Virus record (IMG/VR): IMGVR_UViG_3300043449_002525
DNA from: an uncultured virus (IMG/VR IMGVR_UViG_3300043449_002525)
Lineage: Duplodnaviria > Heunggongvirae > Uroviricota > Caudoviricetes
Length of the DNA: 60,561 nt
Strand: one strand, 5' to 3'
Shown: positions 7,630 to 17,600 of the stretch, piece after piece
Numbering within the stretch: the first letter of the stretch is position 1
Layout of the letters: every line of letters begins with the position of its first letter
The notes under the pieces: model-generated
What the model was told of the DNA's origin: nothing
What the model saw: the letters and a program-made list of their open reading frames with translations, nothing else
Database searches by the model: none
Made by a program: the position numbers and the translations under genes

Positions 7630-9411
7630 ATGGCAACAAAGACATACAGCGGCGCCGCAGGCGTCGAAGCAGGTCGCCCAACAACAAAGATCCGCGCCGA
7701 GCAGGTCAGGTCTGAGGACGGCTTCAACTCACTCGCCGTTGACCTCGAGGCCCTCCGTGGCCAGGTCAAGGACATCATCGGCGCAGCTGACTACAAGGAA
7801 GAGATCACAGGCGAGTACTCCAAGGTTCAGATCGTTGACCTTGCCGACCACCTCGATGCATCACAGGGCGCATCAGCTCTCTCAGTCAAGAAGGACATCG
7901 CTGTCGTAGGCTCAGGCTCGATCGCAGGAACACTCGACGTCAACGGCCAGGCAACCTTCGCCTCCGCCAACGTCGAGGATCTCACAAGCGGTCGCATCGT
8001 CGTTGCAGGCGCATCTGGCGAGCTCGCAGATCACTCAGGCTTCACCTTCAGCACCGGCGAGTTCGTTGCACCTTCTGCAACAATCTCCGACCTCAGCTCC
8101 GGTCGCGTGGTCGTTGCAGGTACAGCTGGCGCGCTTGGTGACAGTGCAAACCTCACCTTCGACGGCACAGACCTCACCATGGCCTCAGCCAAGGTGTCTG
8201 ACCTCACCGCAACACGCGTTGTCTACGCAGGCACTGACGGCGCTCTCGTCGACAGCAGCGAGATGACATTCAACACCGCAACAGGCCTCCTCACCCTCGC
8301 CAAGGATCTCCAGGCACGCAGCGGTTCATTCAGCGGTGACCTGACTGTCGCAGGCAACCTCCTCGTCAGCGGCGACACTGTCACCGTGAACGTGGGCGAG
8401 CTCACAGTCGAGGACAAGAACATCCTCATCGCCAACGTTGCATCACCTTCTGATGCATTGGCAGACGGTGCAGGTATCACCATCAAGGGCACAACTGACA
8501 AGACCATCCTCTGGGTGGACGCATCAGACAGCTTCGAGTTCTCTGAGCCCGTTGTTGCACCTAGCGGCAGCTTCCTCAACCTCGCTTCACGCCTCGCCAA
8601 GTCCGACGCTCAGGGTAAGCTCGTTAACGCCGAGATCACTGACTTCGTACAGGGCACTGCCAACCAGGTCATCGTCGGAGCAGTCAATGCTTCTGGCATG
8701 TCAACACTCAGCCTCCCCCAGAGCATCGACACCAATGCAGACGTCGAGTTCGACACTCTCAAGCTGGGCGACCTCGCTCCCGACCACGTCGGCAAGGCAC
8801 TCAAGGTGGGCGCCGACGGCGCCGTGGTCCAGGCTGCTTGGGACGAGTTCGTTGCAATCGAGTCCAACGTCGGTCTCGAGCTCATCCAGAGCGGCTTCAA
8901 GGCAGAGATCGGTCTTGCTCAGGACATCCGCTCTTCCGCAACGATTCAGTTCGCTCGCGTTGAGCTCGATGGCACAGGCAACTACGTCGACTCCAGCGCA
9001 GACGGCCTCGTCCTCCACGCTGGCGCAGCTGGCGACTCCGTCGTCTTCGAGTACGACGCTGGCAAGACGATCTCCCTCGGCACTGCATCACTCGTCGGCT
9101 TCACAGCCACAGACATCATGGGTGCCCTCAATGAGCTCAAGGCAACAGCCACAAATGCATCAAAGAAGGCTGCCTACACCAACTCAGGCGCTTCAGAGAT
9201 TGCTGCTGGAACCGACATCGCAGCTCTGATCACATGGCCACCAAGTGGAAGCTGGGTGTCCGAGCTCACCGGACAGAACTCTCTCGTGTTCGTCAACGGC
9301 ATGCTCATGCAGGCCGGCGGTCTCGACTACACACTCAGCGCTGGCGCAGGCACGATCTCGTTCGCCTTCGCACTCCAGCCCGGTGACGTGGTCGTCATCC
9401 AGAAGGCCTGA
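7630..9411 (+). CDS. Tail fibre-like virion protein
   Basis: Gly/Ser/Thr/Ala-rich beta repeats (three DL(T/S)..R(I/V)V.AG units), LTVEDKNI..DGAGI motif, C-terminal VFVNG...DYT domain; strong codon bias. Confidence 0.7.
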   Translation: MATKTYSGAAGVEAGRPTTKIRAEQVRSEDGFNSLAVDLEALRGQVKDIIGAADYKEEITGEYSKVQIVDLADHLDASQGASALSVKKDIAVVGSGSIAGTLDVNGQATFASANVEDLTSGRIVVAGASGELADHSGFTFSTGEFVAPSATISDLSSGRVVVAGTAGALGDSANLTFDGTDLTMASAKVSDLTATRVVYAGTDGALVDSSEMTFNTATGLLTLAKDLQARSGSFSGDLTVAGNLLVSGDTVTVNVGELTVEDKNILIANVASPSDALADGAGITIKGTTDKTILWVDASDSFEFSEPVVAPSGSFLNLASRLAKSDAQGKLVNAEITDFVQGTANQVIVGAVNASGMSTLSLPQSIDTNADVEFDTLKLGDLAPDHVGKALKVGADGAVVQAAWDEFVAIESNVGLELIQSGFKAEIGLAQDIRSSATIQFARVELDGTGNYVDSSADGLVLHAGAAGDSVVFEYDAGKTISLGTASLVGFTATDIMGALNELKATATNASKKAAYTNSGASEIAAGTDIAALITWPPSGSWVSELTGQNSLVFVNGMLMQAGGLDYTLSAGAGTISFAFALQPGDVVVIQKA

Positions 9412-9449
9412 TAGAGCAAACGCTTCGGCAGATCTAATCTGCTAAAGCT

Positions 9450-9480
9450 GGGGCGGGATCTCTTGATCCCGCCCCTTTTT
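9450..9480 (+). terminator. Intrinsic terminator
   Basis: GGGGCGGGATC-TCTT-GATCCCGCCCC followed by TTTTT. Confidence 0.9.
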
Positions 9481-9505
9481 GCATTATTACTGCATGGCAC
9501 CGCTA

Positions 9506-9534
9506 TTTAACTCAATCTTGCACAAGAATATACT
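9506..9534 (+). promoter_or_regulatory. Sigma70-type promoter, leaderless
   Basis: TTTAAC-17bp-TATACT; ATG 6 nt downstream. Confidence 0.55.
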
Positions 9535-9540
9535 TCAACC

Positions 9541-10029
9541 ATGTCTGATGAGATAATCAAGAATATCTTTAGAACTGCTTCTGCAGATGTTCAAAATCGA
9601 ATTGTTAGTTTAGGAAATGATGCAAAAGAGAAGTTGGCTGGGCTTGTTGCACGTGATAAGCACTACGGCGAATTTACTCAATTTCTTAGAACGTCACTGG
9701 CAGACATCATAGCAAGGGGACGCCAGCAAGAGACAGTCAGCAGGGAGTTCTATGAAAAAGAGATGTCTGATCTCATGTTGAAGGTCAACAAGATCATTGC
9801 TGAGATCAAGGAAGAGGCGCTGAAGCAGCAGGGCGCTTCATATGCATATGAGATCGCTGCTGACCAGTTTCAAAGCTTACCTGCCACACTTGACGTCGAG
9901 CTCTCTAAAGCAAGAGATCTGCAGACACGCGCCGATGCAGGTGAGCTGGGAAAGCGTAGAAAGCCCGGTGAAAGGCCCGACAAGCTGAAGGACATCCGCA
10001 ACTACGTCGAGAAGCCCGAGGATAAGTAA
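9541..10029 (+). CDS. Hypothetical coiled-coil protein
   Basis: 162-aa helical ORF. Confidence 0.7.
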   Translation: MSDEIIKNIFRTASADVQNRIVSLGNDAKEKLAGLVARDKHYGEFTQFLRTSLADIIARGRQQETVSREFYEKEMSDLMLKVNKIIAEIKEEALKQQGASYAYEIAADQFQSLPATLDVELSKARDLQTRADAGELGKRRKPGERPDKLKDIRNYVEKPEDK

Positions 10030-10034
10030 GCTGC

Positions 10035-10520
10035 ATGCCCCTCACAGTCGTCAAGTCAGCAAACTTTGGTAAGACACGCGGCGGATTAGCAACTGTCGGT
10101 TACACTCTGTACAACGCAGCAGGCGCGGAAGTTGCAGCTCGCAGCACGGTGGGTGTCCACGAGGTGGGAACGGGCACAGGGATCTACGCCGCGTCAGTCA
10201 CATTTCCAGACAGTTTTGCAGGTTCCGTGCTCTGGGACACAGGCCAGGGTGGAGACACAGTTTACGCATCTGAGGATCAGAACTTTGCTGACTCAGCTGC
10301 CTCCTTGACCACCGACCTCACGTCGATTAAAACATCGATCGATGCAGATCTCACCTTCGTCAAGGATATGATCGGTGGGCGCTGGAAGATCGATCACGAG
10401 AACTTCCAGATGATCTTCTACAAGCACGACAACTCGACTGAGGTCGCGCGGTTTGACCTCCGCGACAAGAACGACGATCCCAGCTACTTGTCCGTGTTCC
10501 ATCGCAACAGAGTGACTTGA
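10035..10520 (+). CDS. Hypothetical, probable virion protein
   Basis: Ig-like beta N-terminus (GTGIYAASVTF) plus GGRWKID...QMIFY...DNSTEVARFDL tail. Confidence 0.6.
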   Translation: MPLTVVKSANFGKTRGGLATVGYTLYNAAGAEVAARSTVGVHEVGTGTGIYAASVTFPDSFAGSVLWDTGQGGDTVYASEDQNFADSAASLTTDLTSIKTSIDADLTFVKDMIGGRWKIDHENFQMIFYKHDNSTEVARFDLRDKNDDPSYLSVFHRNRVT

Positions 10521-10521
10521 T

Positions 10522-10899
10522 ATGTCACAGATGGTGCCGCTTGGCAACCCGCTCATTGTGACGATGGGCATGGGGCAAGAGGGCCTGACAGAACCTGCGA
10601 TGGCTGTCGCAGGAACTGTTGAGTACTTCATCATTGTCGAAGCTGTCAAGAAGGCACTTCGTGGTGACGGTGCTGATCCCCTCCTCGACGATGACATCAA
10701 CGTCTACAAGATCGTCGCGCTGCTCACTGAAGTCAATCGCCAACCGCTTGCTAACCCCCTATACAGCAAGATGACACGGCTGATCATCGAGAAGAAGGTG
10801 CAGATCGATGCCGAGCTTGTCGAGCAGAAAGCACGAAAGAGCGAACCGTACAGGATAGTTATAGGGGAGCACCGCATCATAAGAGAGACAGATGAGTGA
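10522..10899 (+). CDS. Hypothetical protein
   Basis: 125-aa ORF in operon. Confidence 0.65.
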   Translation: MSQMVPLGNPLIVTMGMGQEGLTEPAMAVAGTVEYFIIVEAVKKALRGDGADPLLDDDINVYKIVALLTEVNRQPLANPLYSKMTRLIIEKKVQIDAELVEQKARKSEPYRIVIGEHRIIRETDE

Positions 10900-11416
10900 T
10901 ATAGCACTTTACCTCGACCAGGACAATGAACTTCGTTTCAACGTGGCGATAGAGGGATCAAAGCCCGGCGCACCCAAGTACCGCCTCGTGTTCGAGGGCA
11001 AGAACTTCTCCTACACCTTCAGTGGCCAGCAGACGGCACCTGGTGAGGTGTCCTTCACGATCCCGACCATGAAGAACCTCATGAAGGAGGGCGCTTACCA
11101 CGCCGACCTCGAGGTGATGATCGATGACCGTTACTTTACACCCTTGTCGTTCGACGCGACGTTTGAGGAGTCAGTTAAAGTTAGAGCAGAGGCAGTGACC
11201 CGAACCGTGCAGAAGAAGCCGGCCGTCACAGCTTCTATTGTCACAGCACGTGCTCCTGAGACGGCACGCCCCGTGCTTGAGTCAGCAACCCGCCCCGCCG
11301 CTCCTCGTCCACAGCAGAAGGTCGCAGCTCGGGAGGATGACTTCATCGCCGAGGTTGATGGTCGCAAGATCACGGCTGATGACCTTCGTAGCTTGCTTAG
11401 ATCCACCAGGAGGTAA
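10892..11416 (+). CDS. Hypothetical, probable virion protein (Ig-like domain + low-complexity tail)
   Basis: GAYHADLEVMIDDRYFTP; C-terminal ITADDLRSLLR helix; GATAGTTA at 10854. Confidence 0.6.
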   Translation: MSDIALYLDQDNELRFNVAIEGSKPGAPKYRLVFEGKNFSYTFSGQQTAPGEVSFTIPTMKNLMKEGAYHADLEVMIDDRYFTPLSFDATFEESVKVRAEAVTRTVQKKPAVTASIVTARAPETARPVLESATRPAAPRPQQKVAAREDDFIAEVDGRKITADDLRSLLRSTRR

Positions 11417-11418
11417 AG

Positions 11419-11664
11419 ATGTTATCAGCATTATTCGCAGTCGTCGGTAGTTACGCTGCCGTCGCCGGTGTGCTCGTCGCCAAGCGTGCATTGAAGATCA
11501 CTGATCTGCACGAAGAGTACACATTCATCCGCTCACGTGAGCAGAAGTCACACATCAGAGCCCATGCGATTGTATTGAAGGGCGGCTTCAAGAGCGATCT
11601 GCTCTGGATCAAACACCTTCCCAGCAAGGTCAAGACAGCACTCGCCTGGTTGAAGCCAGAGTAG
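11419..11664 (+). CDS. Small membrane-anchored protein
   Basis: SD AGGAGG; N-terminal hydrophobic helix. Confidence 0.65.
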   Translation: MLSALFAVVGSYAAVAGVLVAKRALKITDLHEEYTFIRSREQKSHIRAHAIVLKGGFKSDLLWIKHLPSKVKTALAWLKPE

Positions 11665-11668
11665 CTCC

Positions 11669-12370
11669 ATGAGCCGCGAGCTTCAGCGCGCGACGCTCTT
11701 CTTTAAGTACATTAGAGAAGAGCACGCTCACCACATCGAGATGCTTGAGCGCGGAAAGCAGCAGCTACTTGAAGCCCTGAAGTACGTGAAGGTTGATCCA
11801 AATGCTCAGCCTCGCCAGCAAAATCAGCAACAGAGCGCACCGCCCCAGCAGCAGCCTGCTGAGCCAGAGAAACCTCCTGTGCCCGACGATGTTGCTGCAG
11901 ACGTCAAGAAGCTCTACAAGAAGATCGTCCAGGAGACACATCCTGATAAACTGGCACAATCAGATCACGGCCAGAAAGAGCGTGAGAAGCGTGTCAAGCT
12001 GTACATGGACGCCGTCAAGGCATTTCAAGCATCAGACAGGGACAACCTTGCGGAGATCGCGCTTGACCTCGAGCTCGACACAGGCCTCGAGGTTGAGAAG
12101 ATCGTTGCATCCCTTCTGACACGCAGCAAGGCACTCGAGCTCCAGATCCAACAGGTCAAGGGTTCAGTCGAGTGGCTGTGGATGCACTCTGACGAAGCAA
12201 AACGCGTCGAGGTGATCAAGGAACTGTGCAGGCGAAATGGCTGGCTCTACGTCACTGATGAGCAGATCGTCGAGAGCGTCAGGTACGCGTCTGGAATGCA
12301 TCCAGGCACTAGAGAAGATGTCCGTGCCCGAGCCCGCAAGATGATGCAGGAACGGCGCAGGATTACTTGA
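11669..12370 (+). CDS. J-domain (DnaJ-like) co-chaperone-type protein
   Basis: KKLYKKIVQETHPDK with HPD motif after a Q/P-rich linker. Confidence 0.7.
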   Translation: MSRELQRATLFFKYIREEHAHHIEMLERGKQQLLEALKYVKVDPNAQPRQQNQQQSAPPQQQPAEPEKPPVPDDVAADVKKLYKKIVQETHPDKLAQSDHGQKEREKRVKLYMDAVKAFQASDRDNLAEIALDLELDTGLEVEKIVASLLTRSKALELQIQQVKGSVEWLWMHSDEAKRVEVIKELCRRNGWLYVTDEQIVESVRYASGMHPGTREDVRARARKMMQERRRIT

Positions 12371-12412
12371 ACACCGCACTGGTCACATGTAGTATTGCTT
12401 AGAGGCAATAAC

Positions 12413-12856
12413 ATGAACAACGTCTATATCGCAAGTGGTTGGTTTTCTCCAGAGTGGCTCCAGGAAGTTGAGGACATCAAGGCTGTCCTTGAGGATCTCA
12501 AGCTTGATTACTTCTCTCCCAAGGATTACGCGATCGCTGAGGCGACTGCAAGTAACGACACGCAGAAGCAGATCTTTGACGGCAACGTCAAGCACCTTGA
12601 CATCTGCGACTGGATGATCTGCAACACCCGCAACAAGGACATGGGTTCGATCTGGGAGGCAGGATATTTCTACGCTCGCAACAAGCCCATCGTCTACTTC
12701 TGCGCTGGCCTTCCACCCGGTGCCAAGTTCAATCTCATGCTGTCTGCAAGCGGCGTCGCTGTCTGCACTTCACTCGATGACCTCCGTGAGTACCTTGCAC
12801 ACTGCAAGCGTGAAGGCAAGCTGATCACTCGCAATTACAGCGGTTTGATCGAGTAA
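12413..12856 (+). CDS. Nucleoside 2-deoxyribosyltransferase / nucleotide N-glycosidase family protein
   Basis: VYIASGWFS, FSP, DMGSIWEAGY, FNLML; SD AGAGG; promoter TTGAAC-17-TAGTAT at 12367-12395. Confidence 0.85.
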   Translation: MNNVYIASGWFSPEWLQEVEDIKAVLEDLKLDYFSPKDYAIAEATASNDTQKQIFDGNVKHLDICDWMICNTRNKDMGSIWEAGYFYARNKPIVYFCAGLPPGAKFNLMLSASGVAVCTSLDDLREYLAHCKREGKLITRNYSGLIE

Positions 12857-12870
12857 TGAGGATATTGTGC

Positions 12871-12900
12871 GCTCCTGGTGGATAGTTATCTGCTAGGAGC
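12871..12900 (+). promoter_or_regulatory. Late-type motif GATAGTTA inside an RBS-sequestering hairpin
   Basis: GCTCCTGGTGGA / TCTGCTAGGAGC pair as RNA (3 G-U pairs) and cover SD AGGAG. Confidence 0.6.
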
Positions 12901-12904
12901 GCAC

Positions 12905-13624
12905 ATGCGTATGAATAGATTAGCCCTGCGTAAGATGATCCTCAGAGAGATGCATGATCACATGCAAGATGAGGATATGCCAGAGATTGAAGCTGAGGTC
13001 ATCGACGATGAGGAAGATGAAGAGCACGAAGACGAAGATGTTCCAGAGGAAGATTACGACACTGAAGTAGATGAAGAGGGCAACTTCGACTACGAGGATT
13101 CGAACGTCTACGAAGAAACTGGGATGATCAAGTCAAACCTCTACATGCTGTCCAAGAAGGCACATGAGCTCCATGACGAGATCGGAGATCGTGATGATCT
13201 TCCTGAGTGGGTGCAGGAGAAGATTGCAGTCGCATCCTACATGATGGACACAGTTCACGACTACCTCATGTACGAGATGGTCAAGGATGACCTCCACGAG
13301 AAGAAAGATGGGCGCACCAAGAGCCGCAAGTACAAGGGCAAGGAGTACCGCGCGACACCTGCGATGGTAAGTGCAGTCAAGAAGGGTGCATCCTACAACC
13401 AGCTCGCAAAGCTCGCCAAGTGGGCTGATGAACCCGCTGCAGTCGTCCAGGCAGCAAAGATCGTGGCAAAGGGCAAGCCAATGTCCCGCGACGACGAGGA
13501 AGATGACCTCGACGAGAACGACAGCTGGGAACCACTGCGTCAGTCAACTGGCATCATGTTCTTCGAGGACGAAGAGGACACCGACTACCCAGCGCCTAAA
13601 GCGAAGGGTAAGAAGCGCGGTTGA
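12905..13624 (+). CDS. Acidic hypothetical protein, probably virion-associated
   Basis: N-terminal LALRKMILREM helix, D/E tract, DDLPEWVQEKIAVA domain. Confidence 0.7.
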   Translation: MRMNRLALRKMILREMHDHMQDEDMPEIEAEVIDDEEDEEHEDEDVPEEDYDTEVDEEGNFDYEDSNVYEETGMIKSNLYMLSKKAHELHDEIGDRDDLPEWVQEKIAVASYMMDTVHDYLMYEMVKDDLHEKKDGRTKSRKYKGKEYRATPAMVSAVKKGASYNQLAKLAKWADEPAAVVQAAKIVAKGKPMSRDDEEDDLDENDSWEPLRQSTGIMFFEDEEDTDYPAPKAKGKKRG

Positions 13625-13650
13625 GGTAGTTAGATAACCAGCGGTCGCTG

Positions 13651-13679
13651 GTGTAAATAGAGGCCTCGGTGATTATAAT
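13651..13679 (+). promoter_or_regulatory. Sigma70-type promoter, leaderless
   Basis: GTGTAA-17bp-TATAAT; ATG 6 nt downstream. Confidence 0.7.
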
Positions 13680-13685
13680 GAGTTC

Positions 13686-14666
13686 ATGAAGATACTCATT
13701 ACTGGTCACCGAGGTTTCATTGCATCCAACCTTCCACCTGCATTCGCAGATCTTGATCACGAAGTTGTCGATCCCAGCCAGCTCAGGCTGACACACAAGC
13801 TGCCGACAGGTGAGCACTGCGTCTATCGCAACAGTGAGGATGACTGGGCGCGCGAGATCAAGCGCCTCGGCGTCGATGTAGTTGTCCACAATGCAGCAGC
13901 AGTGGGTACTGATGTCGTCGCTCTCAATCCCAATGAGGCAACACTGTCCAACGTGACAGGAACCTACAACATCTGCCGCGCTGCTGAGAAAGCACGTGCT
14001 GCTGTCCTCTACCTCGGAACGACAGTCATCTATAACACAGATCTGTATCAGGGCTCCTGGATCGCTGAGCGCTCCTCGCACGGCCCACAGACGCTCTACG
14101 GTTCTCTGAAGCTGGCAGGTGAGTACATCGTCCGTGCACACAGCACGAAGTGGTCGATCGTCCGACCCCTCTTCTGCTACGGTGGTGTGGGTGACAACAA
14201 CTCCCTGATCGCGAAAGGGTTCTTCGGCGCTGCACACGGCAAGGAGAAGATCGACATGTTCCTCGATCCCAAGAAGATCAAGGATTACATGCGCGTCGAG
14301 GATTTCTGCGATGCGGTGGCAACCGTGGTCGATAAGGAGCTGTGGAACGACGATTGGAACGTCGCTGCGGAGACGCCAGAGAACACAGGCAGGATCGTCG
14401 AGATGATGAGCGAGATCTCGTGCAAGGATCTAAAGGGTGTGGTAAAATGGCACCCAGGAACCGACTACTTGGGTAACCATCGACTAAGCTCACAGAAGTT
14501 CAGGGATGCTTCTGGTTGGACACCAAAGTTCGACCTATATGGTGGCTTGGAAAAGTCGTGGAATGACATCCAGCGTAATCTGGGTTCCACGGATTATAAT
14601 CCTCTGCGATATCTGGAAGATGCCAAGAAGCGTGGCATCGACCTCACACAATTCTTCAACCGGTGA
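13686..14666 (+). CDS. NAD-dependent epimerase/dehydratase (extended SDR)
   Basis: ILITGHRGFIAS, HNAA, YGSLK (YxxxK), DYMRVED. Confidence 0.85.
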   Translation: MKILITGHRGFIASNLPPAFADLDHEVVDPSQLRLTHKLPTGEHCVYRNSEDDWAREIKRLGVDVVVHNAAAVGTDVVALNPNEATLSNVTGTYNICRAAEKARAAVLYLGTTVIYNTDLYQGSWIAERSSHGPQTLYGSLKLAGEYIVRAHSTKWSIVRPLFCYGGVGDNNSLIAKGFFGAAHGKEKIDMFLDPKKIKDYMRVEDFCDAVATVVDKELWNDDWNVAAETPENTGRIVEMMSEISCKDLKGVVKWHPGTDYLGNHRLSSQKFRDASGWTPKFDLYGGLEKSWNDIQRNLGSTDYNPLRYLEDAKKRGIDLTQFFNR

Positions 14667-14672
14667 AATAAC

Positions 14673-17600
14673 ATGAGTATCATTCGACCTCCGGATCGGT
14701 TTGTGGGCCTTCATGCCCACTCCGGTTTCTCGACCATGGACGGGCTCGGCTATCCTGCACAGCACATCGACTTCGTGCTGAAGAACGGCATGGATGCCTG
14801 GGCGCTGACTGACCACGGCAACGGCAGCGGCCTTGCCCACGCGCAGTCACATGCCAAGAAGATGAAGAAGGCAGGGCAGAAGTACCGCCAGCTGAACGGG
14901 GTCGAGTTCTACTTCGTTCCATCGCTGAAGAACTGGGCAGAGCAGTACCAGGATCACAAGGATGCAGTCGCTGCTGCCCGCTCTGAGAAGAAGTCGAAGG
15001 AGGCGACTGACATCGACGCCGACGATGAGGCAGGGGCAGGTCACATCATCGAGAACGAGGATGAGACAAAGGATGCATCATCACTCGAAGTGAAGGATGA
15101 CGAGTGGAAGCGTCGCTACCACCTCGTTGTGATTGCTAAGGACAAGCGTGGCCTGTCCAACCTCTTCACGCTGGTCAAGCGGTCATTCAAGGAGGGGTAC
15201 TACCGCTTCCCTCGGATTGACTTCGACATGCTCAAGCAGCACGGTGAAGGGCTTGTCGTCAGCACAGCCTGCATCGGTGGCATCATGGCGAACCGCGTCC
15301 TCCGCGGACAGGCGATGCACAAGTCAGATGCTGAGATCCAGCACGAGCTCAAGAACTTGACGGATCGGTTTGTGGACGCCGTCGGCCTCGAGAACTTCAA
15401 CCTCGAGATCCAGTTCAACAAGCTGCAGGCACAGCATGATGTCAACCGCCATCTGATCGACCTGCACAAGAGCACAGGCGTCCCGCTGGTGGCGACCTGC
15501 GATAGTCACTATCCTACACCTGACAAGTGGAAGACGCGCGAGCTCTATAAGAAGCTGGCGTGGATGAACGCAAAGGAGGAACCCAAGCCCCTCCCAGCAT
15601 TCGATGAGCTGAAGTGCGAGCTCTACCCAAAGAACGCCGAGCAGATGTGGGAGGAGTTCAACCGACACACTGATGCCTACACATTCTATCAAGGCAACGA
15701 GGAGCTGGTTCGAGATGCGATCGAGCGGACGCACGACATCGCATGGCAGCAGTGTGAGGACATCTGGGTCGATACAGGCGCCAAGCTTCCAGTTTTCGCC
15801 ACGCCTGAGAAGACAGAGTTCCAGCAGCTGGTGGATCTCGTCAAGGAGCGGATGGGTGAGATGGGGCTGCATGAAAAGCCCGAGTACATGGCCCGTGTGA
15901 AGGAGGAACTCGCAGACATCAAGCACCTGGGACACACTTCTTACTTCCTTACGATGTACAAGATCTTCCACCGTGCCAAGGAGCGGACGCTCCTCGGGCC
16001 AGGACGTGGATCTGCACCAGGTTCTCTTGTCAACTACATCCTCGGGATTACACAGATCGATCCGCTTCCGTTCGGCCTCCTCTGGAACCGCTTCCTTGGT
16101 CGGCATCGTGTGTCTTGGCCCGATATCGACTCCGATGCTGGTGATCGTGACGTTCTTATTGACGCGGCACGTGAGCTCTTCGGTGACGATGCTGTCATTC
16201 CCGTCTCCAACTTCAACACTCTGAAGTTGAAGTCGCTGGTGAAGGACGTCGCGAAGTTCTTCAACGTCCCGTTCGATGAGGTCAATGCAGTGACAGGACC
16301 GCTGCAGGACGAGGTCATGCCCCACGCAAAGGATGATGACCAGGAGAAGTCAGTCTTCGTTCTCAAGCACGACGACTGCATGAAGTACTCACCTGCTTAC
16401 AATGCATTCATGACGAAGTATCCAGAAGTGGAGGAGCACGTTAACGCCCTCTTCATGGAGAACCGTTCGATCGGTCGTCATGCGGGCGGCGTCCTCGTTG
16501 CAGAACCCAAGGCGTTGGCTGAAGGCATGCCCATCATCGGTGTTCGCGGTGAATTGCAGACGCCGTGGACAGAAGGTATGAACTTCCGCAACCTGGAGGA
16601 CAACGGCTTCCTCAAGTTCGACTTCCTCGGCCTAACACTGCTCAAGGACGTGGAGAACTGCATCAAGCGGATCCTGATCAAGCAGGGTGTTAAGAACCCG
16701 ACATTCAGCCAGATCAAGGATTTCTTCGATGAGCATCTCAACTGCCGAACGGTCAAGCAGGATGATCAGCAGGTTTGGAAGCATGTCTATCACGAGGGTC
16801 GGTTCGTCGGTGTCTTCCAGTTCACAGCTGACGGTGCACGTAAGTTCTGCCTCGATGCGAAGCCCACAAACATCGGTGAGCTGGCAGCACTGACAGCAAT
16901 CTACCGACCAGGCCCACTTAAGGCAAACGTCCACAAGCTGTACGTCCAAGCGAAGAAGGATGCCTCGAAGATCAAGTACGATCACCCAGTCATCCAGGAA
17001 GTTCTAGGGCCCACTTTCGGTTACGTCGTCTTCCAAGAGCAGTTCATGATGCTGGCTCAAAAGCTGGCAGGGTTCTCTCCTGGTGAGGCTGACCAGCTTC
17101 GTAAGACGCTAGTCAAGAAGTCACTGGACACGCTGGGCAAGAAGTCATCTGAGAAGGAGGCAGCGAGGAAGCAGTTCATCGACGGTGCGCAAGCTCTTCA
17201 CGGTGTACCTGAGAAGGTGACAGGTCCGCTCTGGGACACAATCGAGGCGTTCTCGGTGTACGGCTTCAACAAGTCACACTCCGTGTCCTACGCGATCGAC
17301 TCATACTACGCAGGCTGGCTACACACCCACTACGAGAAGGAGTGGCTGGCAACGATCCTGCAGTCTGAGACAGGCAATCCCAAGGGGCTGGCAAAGGCTA
17401 TTGCCGAGATCAAGGCAATCGGTTATAAGTTCTCGCAGGTCGATATCAACTACTCAGGTACCGAGTGGACGTACTCTGATGAGATCCAGGCATTCGTTCC
17501 ACCGCTGACATCTGTCAAGGGCTTGGGCGACTCAGCAGTGAGTGAGATCATGGAGAACAGGCCCTACCGTGCACTGGATGACCTCCTGTTCGATGCAGAA

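Noticed and set aside
8438..9229. 263-aa alternative-frame ORF within the tail-fibre-like gene
   Set aside because: Ser/Pro/Thr-rich translation typical of an off-frame read of a codon-biased gene; no initiation signal.
6096..9411. Internal repeats in fibre-like genes as diversity-generating retroelement TR/VR pairs
   Set aside because: The repeats are protein-level with scattered differences rather than adenine-specific ones, and no reverse transcriptase is present.
14940..15110. Acidic insertion in the DnaE PHP domain as a possible intein
   Set aside because: Only about 50 residues, with no C/S...HN intein termini or homing-endonuclease motifs; total length is normal for DnaE.
15324..16325. 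333-aa minus-strand ORF (and similar antisense ORFs such as 13596-14237 and 34465-34953)
   Set aside because: They lie antisense to well-conserved genes, have no motifs or RBS, and are expected shadows of biased codon usage.
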